Source of the DNA: Chlamydiota bacterium
GTDB lineage: Bacteria; Auribacterota; JACPWU01
NCBI GenBank assembly: GCA_016196885.1
Contig: JACPWU010000024.1
Location: 30,001-62,000, forward strand
DNA: 32,000 nt
Direction: 5' to 3'
The notes under the pieces were generated by a model. That model was given only the letters and a program-made list of their open reading frames with translations. It did not search any database and had not been told where the DNA came from. Positions 1 to 7,646 of the stretch are shown piece by piece; positions within the stretch are counted from its first letter, which is position 1; every line of letters starts with the position of its first letter. The position numbers and the translations under genes were made by a program.

Positions 1-1
1 C

Positions 2-3000
2 TGTTCTAAAAAATCCACTCCCCGCGCCCTAGAATTTTTGTCTCGGCTTGGTTTTTCAGATTCGGCGCAAGCCTTCCGAAATTTTGTCTCCTTGAGCAAG
101 GATCCATCGACCCAAGAAAGATTTTTTCATTTCTTAAATCCACTCCTCACCTCCTTGAAAAATTCTTCGAATCCTGATCTTGCGCTAAACCATTTAGGCA
201 GGTTTACAGACTCGACGGGTCGTTCGGAACTTTACGATTCTCTGAGAAAATCCCCTCGCATTTTGGAGCTTCTAATTTGCCTTTTTGGGAAAAGCACTGC
301 TCTTTCTCAAACACTGATTCGTCATCCCGAGTATTGGCCTTGGCTCTTAGATCCTAAAATTTTAGAGAAGGCCTGGGATTTGCGACAGCTTCAAAAGGAC
401 ATCAGCCCCATTCTAGAGAATCTGCAATCTCTCCCTTTGAGATGGAATGCCCTGAGGCGTTTCCGGCATCGCCACATCTTACGCATTGGGTTAAAGGATT
501 TTGTAAGTGTAGCCTCTCTGGAGGAGCTGACGCTGGAACTTTCTTCTCTGGCGGATACCTGTTTGAAATGGGCCTACCGACTTTCCCTGGAGGAGCTTCT
601 TGAAAAATTTGGGGGGCCCAGATGTGAACACAATAAGAGAAAAAGGGCCGGTCTTGCTGTGATCGGGATGGGAAAATTAGGAGGGTGTGAACTTAATTAC
701 AGCTCGGACATTGATGTGATGTTTGTCTATTCTGAAGAGGGAGAGACGAAAGGGGGAACGCTCGGGACTTTGCAAAATCATGAATTTTTCACGCGCCTTG
801 CCCATCGGATCTTGGAAATTTTAAGTGCCAGGATGCAAGAGGGGTATCTCTATCGCGTGGATACGCGTCTGAGGCCAGAGGGCCCGACAGGGCCCTTGGT
901 GAGGTCTCTAGAGGGCTATGAAAATTATTATGCCTCTTGGGGCCAAACGTGGGAAAGGCAAGCCCTCATCAAGGCTAGATGTGTGGCGGGTGACCCTGAA
1001 GTGGGCAGAGAATTTTTGAAACGCGTCACGCCCTTCATTTACCGCAAATACCATGATGAGAAAGCGATTCAGGAAATGAGGGCTGTGAAACTTAGAATAG
1101 ATCAAGAGGCAGAGCTTCGCGGTGAAGAGAATAGAAATGTAAAATTGGGCCTGGGAGGCATTCGAGAAATTGAATTTGGCATCCAGATTTTGCAGCTTTT
1201 GTACGGTGGAAAATTAGAGTGCTTGAAGGAGAGAAATTCTCTTTCGGCCATCGAGCGTCTGGTAGAAGAGAATCTTTTAGAAAAGGAGACAGGGATCCAT
1301 TTAAAAGAGGCCTATCACTTTTTAAGGAAGGTGGAGCATTATCTTCAATTGGAAGAAGAGCGACAAACGCATGTCTTGCCCGAGGACCCTGAGAAATTAA
1401 ATCACTTGTCCCGCTCTTTAAGATACACATCGGCGAAATCATTTTTGAGTGATTACAAATCGCATACACTCTTTGTGCAGAAATTCTATCGAGAGCTCTT
1501 CAGCGGCCTTTTATCTGCCAAAGAAAATTCAGCCGTCCATACCTTATCTTGTCTTTTAAATACGGGGCAGCCCTCTGAAGAGGAAAAAGGCTTTTTACGC
1601 TCCCTCGGTTTCGAAGAGATGGAGACGGCAGCCCAGCATCTTTTAGGATTGGCTCAAGGGGGAGAAACCATGCCTCACTTGATCTCTCAGGACTTTAAAA
1701 AGATGCTTCCTTTTCTTCTTATCTCCCTTCAAAAAACCCTGGACCCCAATCGGGCCCTCGTGGGTTTGGAGCGGTTTCTTGCGGCCTACAAGGCTCGAAA
1801 TGTTTTGTTTGAAATGTTGGGGACTCATCCAAAAATTCTGGATCTTCTCATGCTCCTTTTTGGGACGAGTCCTTTTTTGACAGAAATTTTAGTTAAAGAT
1901 CCGAATCTTTTGGACGTTATTTCGGAAGGGATGGTAGAAAGGACAAACTTTGACGAAGGCCGTCTGGCGAGGGTGTTGAGAAAAGGTGAGAGTTTTCAAG
2001 AAAAATTTTCTAGTTTAAGAAATTTTCAAAATGTGGAAATGCTGAGATTAGGGTTGAGAGATATTTTGAAACTCTCTCCCTTGCTGGAAATCCTTTCTCA
2101 AATCAGCCTTTTGGTGGAACGGATTCTAAAAGGGGGACTGGAAATCGCGAGAAAGGCTTTTCAGAAAGCACAGGGGAAAAGATGTGTGCCTTTTGTCATC
2201 ATTGGACTGGGGAAGCTGGGGGGACAAGAGCTCAGTTTTAGCTCGGATTTGGATGTGATGTTCGTGAGCGAGGGCGATGAAGATCAAATGAAAGAGGCCA
2301 ATGATTTTGGGGCCTTCTTGATGGAACTTTTTTCGGATGTTCAGCAGGGAACCCCTCTTTATAAAATGGATCCTCGGCTGAGACCTGATGGGACGAAGGG
2401 GCCCCTGGTCCAATCCATCGAAACGCTTCGAAAATATTATGGTTCTTCGAATACGATTTGGGAGAGAATGGCCCTGACCCGGGCCCGCTTTGTGGCAGGC
2501 AACGAAAAATGGGGACGTCGCGTGATGAAAATTCTTCATCATTTTGTTTTTCAAGTGTTTCCCAGCAAAGATCAGGTGCTTGAATTAAAAAATCTTCGAG
2601 AAGAAATTTTTCAAGACCGATGTGGAAATTTGACAGAGGGTTTTGAGTTAAAATCTGGAAGAGGTGGAATTTTAGACATCGAATTTCTCGTTCAGTTTTT
2701 GCAGTTGAAACATGGGAAGAAACACCCTCGATTGAAAGAAGTGCACACTTTAAAATTAATTCAGAAACTTTTGCATGCAGGCATTCTTCCTCAAAAAGAG
2801 TCAGCCCTTTTAAACGAGGCTTATCTTTTCTACCGAGAAGTGGAGTCCGCATTGAGGTTGTTGAAAGACCGGCCCACAGATTTTATTCCTAGGGATATGA
2901 AACTGGTCATGAGAATTCAGAAAAAAATGGGTTTGGCGCTTGAACCAGAGCATCTCTTTGAAAAAATAGAGAATTTAGGCAAAAAGGTGAGAGAATTGTA

Positions 3001-3022
3001 TGAGAAGTATTTGAAGGCATGA
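2..3022 (+). CDS. glnE: bifunctional glutamine synthetase adenylyltransferase / adenylyl-removing enzyme
   Basis: The 994-aa ORF has two nucleotidyltransferase cores, GKLGGCELNYSSDIDVMFVY and GKLGGQELSFSSDLDVMFV, followed by YRVDTRLRPEG and YKMDPRLRPDG. The frame stays open from the TTG at 38 back to the window edge, so the true start may lie upstream of the window. Stop TGA is at 3020-3022. Confidence 0.9.
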   Translation, partial: CSKKSTPRALEFLSRLGFSDSAQAFRNFVSLSKDPSTQERFFHFLNPLLTSLKNSSNPDLALNHLGRFTDSTGRSELYDSLRKSPRILELLICLFGKSTALSQTLIRHPEYWPWLLDPKILEKAWDLRQLQKDISPILENLQSLPLRWNALRRFRHRHILRIGLKDFVSVASLEELTLELSSLADTCLKWAYRLSLEELLEKFGGPRCEHNKRKRAGLAVIGMGKLGGCELNYSSDIDVMFVYSEEGETKGGTLGTLQNHEFFTRLAHRILEILSARMQEGYLYRVDTRLRPEGPTGPLVRSLEGYENYYASWGQTWERQALIKARCVAGDPEVGREFLKRVTPFIYRKYHDEKAIQEMRAVKLRIDQEAELRGEENRNVKLGLGGIREIEFGIQILQLLYGGKLECLKERNSLSAIERLVEENLLEKETGIHLKEAYHFLRKVEHYLQLEEERQTHVLPEDPEKLNHLSRSLRYTSAKSFLSDYKSHTLFVQKFYRELFSGLLSAKENSAVHTLSCLLNTGQPSEEEKGFLRSLGFEEMETAAQHLLGLAQGGETMPHLISQDFKKMLPFLLISLQKTLDPNRALVGLERFLAAYKARNVLFEMLGTHPKILDLLMLLFGTSPFLTEILVKDPNLLDVISEGMVERTNFDEGRLARVLRKGESFQEKFSSLRNFQNVEMLRLGLRDILKLSPLLEILSQISLLVERILKGGLEIARKAFQKAQGKRCVPFVIIGLGKLGGQELSFSSDLDVMFVSEGDEDQMKEANDFGAFLMELFSDVQQGTPLYKMDPRLRPDGTKGPLVQSIETLRKYYGSSNTIWERMALTRARFVAGNEKWGRRVMKILHHFVFQVFPSKDQVLELKNLREEIFQDRCGNLTEGFELKSGRGGILDIEFLVQFLQLKHGKKHPRLKEVHTLKLIQKLLHAGILPQKESALLNEAYLFYREVESALRLLKDRPTDFIPRDMKLVMRIQKKMGLALEPEHLFEKIENLGKKVRELYEKYLKA

Positions 3023-3120
3023 AGACAGAAGGCAGAAGACGGAAGAAAGGAGATAGAATTTGGAATGAGAAGGCATCCATTTTTATTTTTTCTGAGTTCT
3101 GTTTTCTGTCTTCTGTCTTC
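3021..3120 (+). repeat. heptad-repeat hairpin spanning the glnE stop and the nuclease start
   Basis: Left arm 3021-3044 (GAAGACA GAAGGCA GAAGACG GAA...) pairs with right arm 3097-3120 (TTCTGTT TTCTGTC TTCTGTC TTC). All 24 positions pair on the + strand RNA, 3 of them as G:U. The 52-nt loop holds the SD AAGGAG (3047-3052) and the ATG at 3065. Confidence 0.7.
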
Positions 3121-3541
3121 TGCAATTTTCGGTTTTACCTCTGATGATCTCCATCGTGTGACGAGGGTGATAGACGGAGACACGATTGAAGTAGAAGGGG
3201 GGCAGTGGGTGCGTTACATTGGTTTGGATACGCCAGAGCTTCGGAAAAAGAAAAACGGGCATTGGATTTATCACCCTCAGCCTTATGCCCAGGAGGCGAA
3301 GGCTCTCAATGAAAAGTGGGTGGGAGGAAAAAAAGTTCATCTCGAATACGATGCTCAGAGATTTGATCGCTATGGGCGGCTCCTTGCCTATGTCTATGTC
3401 GGCGATCTTTTTGTAAATCGAGAAATGATCCGCAAAGGCTATGCCCGTCTTCTGAACATTCCTCCTGATGTTCAGCATGCGGATGATTTTTGGGAGGCTT
3501 TGAGAGAGGCCAAAAAACACCATCGTGGGATGTGGAGGTAG
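3065..3541 (+). CDS. secreted thermonuclease (staphylococcal nuclease, SNase-like) family protein
   Basis: N-terminal signal-peptide-like MRRHPFLFFLSSVFCLLSSAIFG. SNase-type motifs VIDGDTIEV, RYIGLDTPE and RLLAYVY. SD AAGGAG lies 12 nt upstream of the ATG. Confidence 0.8.
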   Translation: MRRHPFLFFLSSVFCLLSSAIFGFTSDDLHRVTRVIDGDTIEVEGGQWVRYIGLDTPELRKKKNGHWIYHPQPYAQEAKALNEKWVGGKKVHLEYDAQRFDRYGRLLAYVYVGDLFVNREMIRKGYARLLNIPPDVQHADDFWEALREAKKHHRGMWR

Positions 3542-3560
3542 GTCACGAAAATTGATGCTG

Positions 3561-3740
3561 TATTTAAAAGTGTGTCCTTTTAAGAGGAGGCGGGTCCTGT
3601 TCCTCCTCACCCCCGCTGACGGCATCGATGTCGGTTGGGTTGTGAATGTAATAAGAGGGTCAATGTCTCCATCTGCTGGCGATCAGCGGGGGACCCCCAG
3701 TCGGGCCACCCGCATCAATAAAAGGACACACTTTTAAATA
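3561..3740. mobile_element. 180-bp MITE-like or structured-RNA element with 22-bp perfect terminal inverted repeats
   Basis: TATTTAAAAGTGTGTCCTTTTA (3561-3582) is the exact reverse complement of 3719-3740. The core is GC-rich, with a hairpin at 3584-3590/3602-3608 and a 10-bp long-range helix at 3610-3619/3683-3692. The terminal TA on each end could be a TA target duplication. It contains no ORF of its own. Confidence 0.55.
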
Positions 3741-3846
3741 GACGATCCGAAAATTTATCGCTCAAGTTTAATGTTGCGGTTGCTCTGTGATTTTTCTACA
3801 CTTAAAGACGAAAAGCATCAGGAAGACACTTCTCAAGGAGGAAGGC

Positions 3847-4281
3847 GTGAACTGTCCGAAATGTACAGGTAAATTGCAGGAACACAAAGTAGAGGATGAG
3901 GCGATTGACGTTTGCTTTGTATGCGAAGGCATCTGGTTTGATCACGAAGAACTGGACCAAATTATTTTTAAAGATTCTAAGGATTTTAACACCATCGGTC
4001 TTTCTGGAGATGATTTTGATGCAAAAGAGATGGAAGGGACAGACCTTGATCTTAATCATAAAGTGGGAAAATGCCCCTCATGTGGTCAATCCATGAAACA
4101 GACAGACTATCGCAAGCATGTGTTGGTAGATGTTTGTGACAAAGGTTGTGGGATATGGCTTGACGGAGGAGAAATTCACAAGTTGAGACGGAGAGGGTTG
4201 GTTGATTTTTTAGATCGTCTGAAATTTGCTTTTTCAGGGGAAAGTTTTAGAACTTTCGTAGGAAAAATTCGGGGGCGTTAG
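3847..4281 (+). CDS. double zinc-ribbon protein (two TFIIB-type Zn-finger-like modules)
   Basis: Two copies of CPxC...(C)xxCxGIW(F/L)D...E(L/I) are present: CPKCTG..CFVCEGIWFDHEELDQI and CPSCGQ..CDKGCGIWLDGGEIHKL. I chose the GTG at 3847 because the SD AAGGAGG (3835-3841) lies 5 nt upstream. The ORF is open from 3787. Confidence 0.65.
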   Translation: MNCPKCTGKLQEHKVEDEAIDVCFVCEGIWFDHEELDQIIFKDSKDFNTIGLSGDDFDAKEMEGTDLDLNHKVGKCPSCGQSMKQTDYRKHVLVDVCDKGCGIWLDGGEIHKLRRRGLVDFLDRLKFAFSGESFRTFVGKIRGR

Positions 4282-4287
4282 AAACCT

Positions 4288-4350
4288 GCAGATGATTTCT
4301 GGGAAGTTTTGCGAGAGGCCAAAAAGCATCATCGGGGGGTGTGGAAAAAA
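4288..4350 (+). pseudogene. ghost 3' end of a second SNase-like nuclease gene
   Basis: 4288-4347 translates to ADDFWEVLREAKKHHRGVWK, against ADDFWEALREAKKHHRGMWR at 3479-3538. The two are 49/60 nt identical, and 7 of the 10 differing codons are synonymous changes. No nuclease body precedes it. It lies in the same frame as the 3787-4281 ORF, immediately after its TAG. Confidence 0.6.
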
Positions 4351-4444
4351 GTCTTTCGCGAGCAGTTGGGCGCTCAATATATTTTCCGAGGTATAGATCG
4401 GAAAATATATTTTTTTCGCAAGGCGTTGGTATAGAATCTGTTCC

Positions 4445-4609
4445 ATGAATAGGATTCTTCCAAAATCTCGTTTAAACAGATGGAATAACCCAAAGGGATT
4501 GATTCAAGTTCTGACGGGGCCCAGACAGGTTGGGAAAACCACGGCGGTTCTTAAATTGATTCAGCCTGAAAAGACCAATACCGAAGCAAACTGGCGTGGT
4601 AGTCAGTGA
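4445..4609 (+). pseudogene. truncated N-terminal fragment of an AAA (AAA_14/DUF4143-type) ATPase
   Basis: The 54-codon ORF reads MNRILPKSRLNRWNNPKGLIQVLTGPRQVGKTTAVLKLIQ... It contains the Walker A motif GPRQVGKTT and stops shortly after it. Full-length relatives are about 400 aa. Confidence 0.5.
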
Positions 4610-4625
4610 GTTCCTTTCACTATAC

Positions 4626-5297
4626 TTACCTGTACAGAACTTTTTTGGCCAGTGCCGAAACTGTATTTTGAAAATATTTTTTTACTTCTCCCCACTTTAC
4701 TTTAAAGAAGAGCCTGGGAAAAGGATCATTTTCCGCATCCTCAAAGTAAGTCAGACTTTTAAGAATATGGGGCAGATTTTTTTCTTGTCCTGGATACTGC
4801 TTCATGCCTCTTAGGAGAAGTTCCTCCAGATGTTCCCGATGAGTGCAGTACCAGTAGAGGTCTAAAAAATCACGTTTTTTTCCACGCTGACTGATGGCGA
4901 TTATTTTCATGGTTGCAATGTCTTGAGGTAGGAGAATGCGGACAGTTCCACACAGCAAGCGTTCACGTAGGGGACGAAAAAAGGGATAGGCGATGAAACT
5001 TAACCTTGCTCCCATCAGTGTACCATGCACTGTTCCTCTCTCACGAAATGACGTTGCCCAAGCGTTTGTAGCCATCAATTGTCGTTCAAGCTTGTTTTCA
5101 TCGAAGGCGTTTCCCCGAGTAAAGAAATCTAAATCTACGGAGCCACGATGCCCCACTTGTAAGGCCAGAGCTGTTCCTCCAGCAAGGTACCAGGCGGGAT
5201 CATTCAACCATTTTAACTTTATACAGGCCACAAGGGCATGTTGTGCTGCTTTGGGTAAACATTGGAGATGTAACTCTGAAAGCGTGGCTTTCTTCAT
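4626..5297 (-). CDS. nucleotidyltransferase AbiEii/AbiGii-family toxin (DUF1814-like)
   Basis: NTase signature AGGTALALQVGHRGSVDLDFF. The start MKKATLSEL at 5297 overlaps the upstream stop as ATGA. The ORF track extends to 5402, but that stretch overlaps the partner gene. Confidence 0.75.
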   Translation of the reverse strand: MKKATLSELHLQCLPKAAQHALVACIKLKWLNDPAWYLAGGTALALQVGHRGSVDLDFFTRGNAFDENKLERQLMATNAWATSFRERGTVHGTLMGARLSFIAYPFFRPLRERLLCGTVRILLPQDIATMKIIAISQRGKKRDFLDLYWYCTHREHLEELLLRGMKQYPGQEKNLPHILKSLTYFEDAENDPFPRLFFKVKWGEVKKYFQNTVSALAKKVLYR

Positions 5298-5539
5298 TTC
5301 AGAACCATAGACCAGAATGTCTTTGTTTTTTTGTGTAAAACTCCACGGGGGGCATCGAGGGTTCTCCTGACTTGACGGTGGGAGTAGTGGTTCAGCATCC
5401 AACGAACTTCGGATTCATTTCCAAATTCTAGAATGCGTTCAATCACGTACCTGGCATGTTTCTGAAGATCAATCGTTTTTGGATTGACGTCCCAAAACAA
5501 GGATGTGCGAAGTGGTAGGCGTGAGACTTTCTCTTTCAT
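5294..5539 (-). CDS. small partner protein of the AbiEii-like toxin (putative antitoxin)
   Basis: 81 aa. The 4-nt ATGA overlap with the toxin start implies translational coupling. The LFWDVNPKTIDLQKHARYVIERILEFG motif resembles small proteins I recall finding upstream of AbiEii-type genes. It has no wHTH of the canonical AbiEi type. Confidence 0.55.
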   Translation of the reverse strand: MKEKVSRLPLRTSLFWDVNPKTIDLQKHARYVIERILEFGNESEVRWMLNHYSHRQVRRTLDAPRGVLHKKTKTFWSMVLK

Positions 5540-5565
5540 ACCCTTTATTATAGCATTTTGTATGT

Positions 5566-5635
5566 AAAAAAAATGTGCCTATGTGCCTATGTGCCTATGT
5601 CTCGTAAGACATTGGCACTTCGGCACATTGGCACA
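5566..5635 (-). terminator. glnA intrinsic terminator built from octad repeats
   Basis: Stem 5574-5601/5608-5635 has 24 of 28 positions paired and a 6-nt loop. Its arms are ATGTGCCT x3 and ATTGGCAC-type x3. On the - strand it is followed by T8 (5566-5573). It starts 13 nt after the glnA stop. Confidence 0.75.
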
Positions 5636-5647
5636 AGGGTGTATTTC

Positions 5648-7060
5648 TCAAGCATCAAAGTACAAGAAGAATTCATAGGGATGGGGTCTTAAACGGACCG
5701 CATCGAATTCTGACTTGGTCTTGTACTCAATCCATGTTTCAATGACGTCTTCGGTGAAGACATCGCCCTTGAGCAAGAATTCATGATCCTTCTCCAAGGC
5801 CTTCAAAGCGGCGTCGAGCGAGGAAGGAACGCTGGGGACTTTCTTCAACTCTTGAGGAGGCAAATCATAAATGTTCTTGTCCAGAGGTTGGCCTGGATCC
5901 ATCTTGTTCTGAATCCCATCCAGACCTGCCATCAACATGGCTGAGAAGGCCAAATAAGGATTGCATGAAGGATCTGGGAAACGGACTTCGATTCGCTTGG
6001 CCTTCGGGCTTGCCGAATACATCGGAATACGGATCGCCGCGCTGCGATTTCTGGAAGAATAGGCCAGATTCACAGGGGCTTCGTAACCGGGCACCAATCT
6101 CTTGTAGGAATTGGTGGTCGGCGCCACGATGGCGCAAAGGGCAGCCGCATGCTTCAAAATACCGCCGATATAATGAAGACACATGTCGCTAAGACCTGCA
6201 TAACCCTTTCCTGCAAAGAGAGGCTTTCCGCCTTTCCAAATGCTTTGGTGGGTGTGCATGCCGGAGCCATTATCCCCGAAAAGGGGTTTGGGCATAAAGG
6301 TCACGGTTTTGCCATGCTTCTGTGCCACATTCTTCGTGACATATTTATACATCATGACTTTGTCCGCCATGCGGGTAAGGCTGTCAAAGCGTAAGTCAAT
6401 CTCAGCCTGTCCTGCGGTGGCGACTTCGTGATGCTGACGCTCAATGACAATCCCGAGCTGTTCCATGGTGAGAATCATTTCATTTCGAATGTCTTGAAGG
6501 GCATCCGTGGGAGGAACCGGAAAATAACCTTCCTTGTGGCGAGGACGGTAGCCCAAGTTGGCGAAATCATTTCTTCCGCTTTCCCAAATGCCTTCTCTGG
6601 ACTCGATGTGATAATAACCTTCATGGCTGTTCTGATCAAAGCGAATGCCGTCAAAGATGAAAAATTCAGGTTCAGGACCAATGTAAGCCGTGTCTCCGAT
6701 TCCTGTGCTTTTCAGATAGGCCTCGGCCTTGAGGGCAATGTTCCGAGGGTCTCGGTTGTAGCTTTCTTTGGTGATCGGATCTTTGATGTTACACAAAAGG
6801 GAAAGGGTAGGTCTTTGATTGAAAGGATCAAGGGTGGCTGTGTCGGGGTCTGGAAAAACCAACATGTCACTGGCATGAATGGCCTTCCATCCTCGAATGC
6901 TGGATCCATCAAAACCTAATCCCTCTTCGAAAACCTCTTCTGTGAGCTCATGGGTCGGAACAGAAAAATGCTGCCATGTGCCCGGAAAATCATTGAATTT
7001 CAAATCAACGATTTGAATCTTTTTTTCCTTTATCAATTGCAGTACTTCTTTTGCAGTCAT
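5648..7060 (-). CDS. glnA: glutamine synthetase type I
   Basis: 470 aa with GS-I motifs ([30 protein letters not shown]). The adenylylation-site motif [10 protein letters not shown] is conserved. SD AAGGAGG lies upstream. Confidence 0.95.
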   Translation of the reverse strand: MTAKEVLQLIKEKKIQIVDLKFNDFPGTWQHFSVPTHELTEEVFEEGLGFDGSSIRGWKAIHASDMLVFPDPDTATLDPFNQRPTLSLLCNIKDPITKESYNRDPRNIALKAEAYLKSTGIGDTAYIGPEPEFFIFDGIRFDQNSHEGYYHIESREGIWESGRNDFANLGYRPRHKEGYFPVPPTDALQDIRNEMILTMEQLGIVIERQHHEVATAGQAEIDLRFDSLTRMADKVMMYKYVTKNVAQKHGKTVTFMPKPLFGDNGSGMHTHQSIWKGGKPLFAGKGYAGLSDMCLHYIGGILKHAAALCAIVAPTTNSYKRLVPGYEAPVNLAYSSRNRSAAIRIPMYSASPKAKRIEVRFPDPSCNPYLAFSAMLMAGLDGIQNKMDPGQPLDKNIYDLPPQELKKVPSVPSSLDAALKALEKDHEFLLKGDVFTEDVIETWIEYKTKSEFDAVRLRPHPYEFFLYFDA

Positions 7061-7144
7061 ACAGACGTGCCTCCTTATTTAGTCTCTAGTGGATCGCCGT
7101 CAGTCGATCGTTTCAACGAAATACGAGCGACGAAAGACGAATAA

Positions 7145-7555
<411 letters not shown>

Positions 7556-7561
7556 TTAACA

Positions 7562-7577
7562 AGCAATTTTAATGCCA
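7562..7577 (-). promoter_or_regulatory. sigma54 (-24/-12) promoter of glnB-glnA
   Basis: The - strand reads TGGCAT-TAAAA-TTGCT, with correct GG/GC spacing. It lies about 80 nt upstream of the glnB start. Confidence 0.7.
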
Positions 7578-7646
7578 AAAAATGAGCCCCACTTTCATAG
7601 CAAAGGAATAAAAGGAATTTTTGTTGCAAGAATTTCTTTTAAACCA

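Noticed and set aside
908-3625. Multiple antisense or out-of-frame ORFs inside glnE and the nuclease gene (e.g. 2238-2852, 3083-3625)
   Set aside because: All are shadow ORFs of strongly supported genes. The same applies to the ORFs inside glnA (5865-6919), amtB (19310-20188) and the permease (16122-16784).
3525-3737. 70-aa + ORF overlapping the 180-bp inverted-repeat element
   Set aside because: It is open only because of the GC-rich core, starts inside the nuclease gene out of frame, and has no SD or motif.
3561-3740. Assignment of the 180-bp element to a known RNA class (SAM-I, TPP, cobalamin, ZTP, twister, 6S, SRP)
   Set aside because: I found only superficial word matches, such as AAGAGGAGGCGG against the SAM-I 5' region. 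None of the invariant cores I remember is present, so I leave it unclassified.
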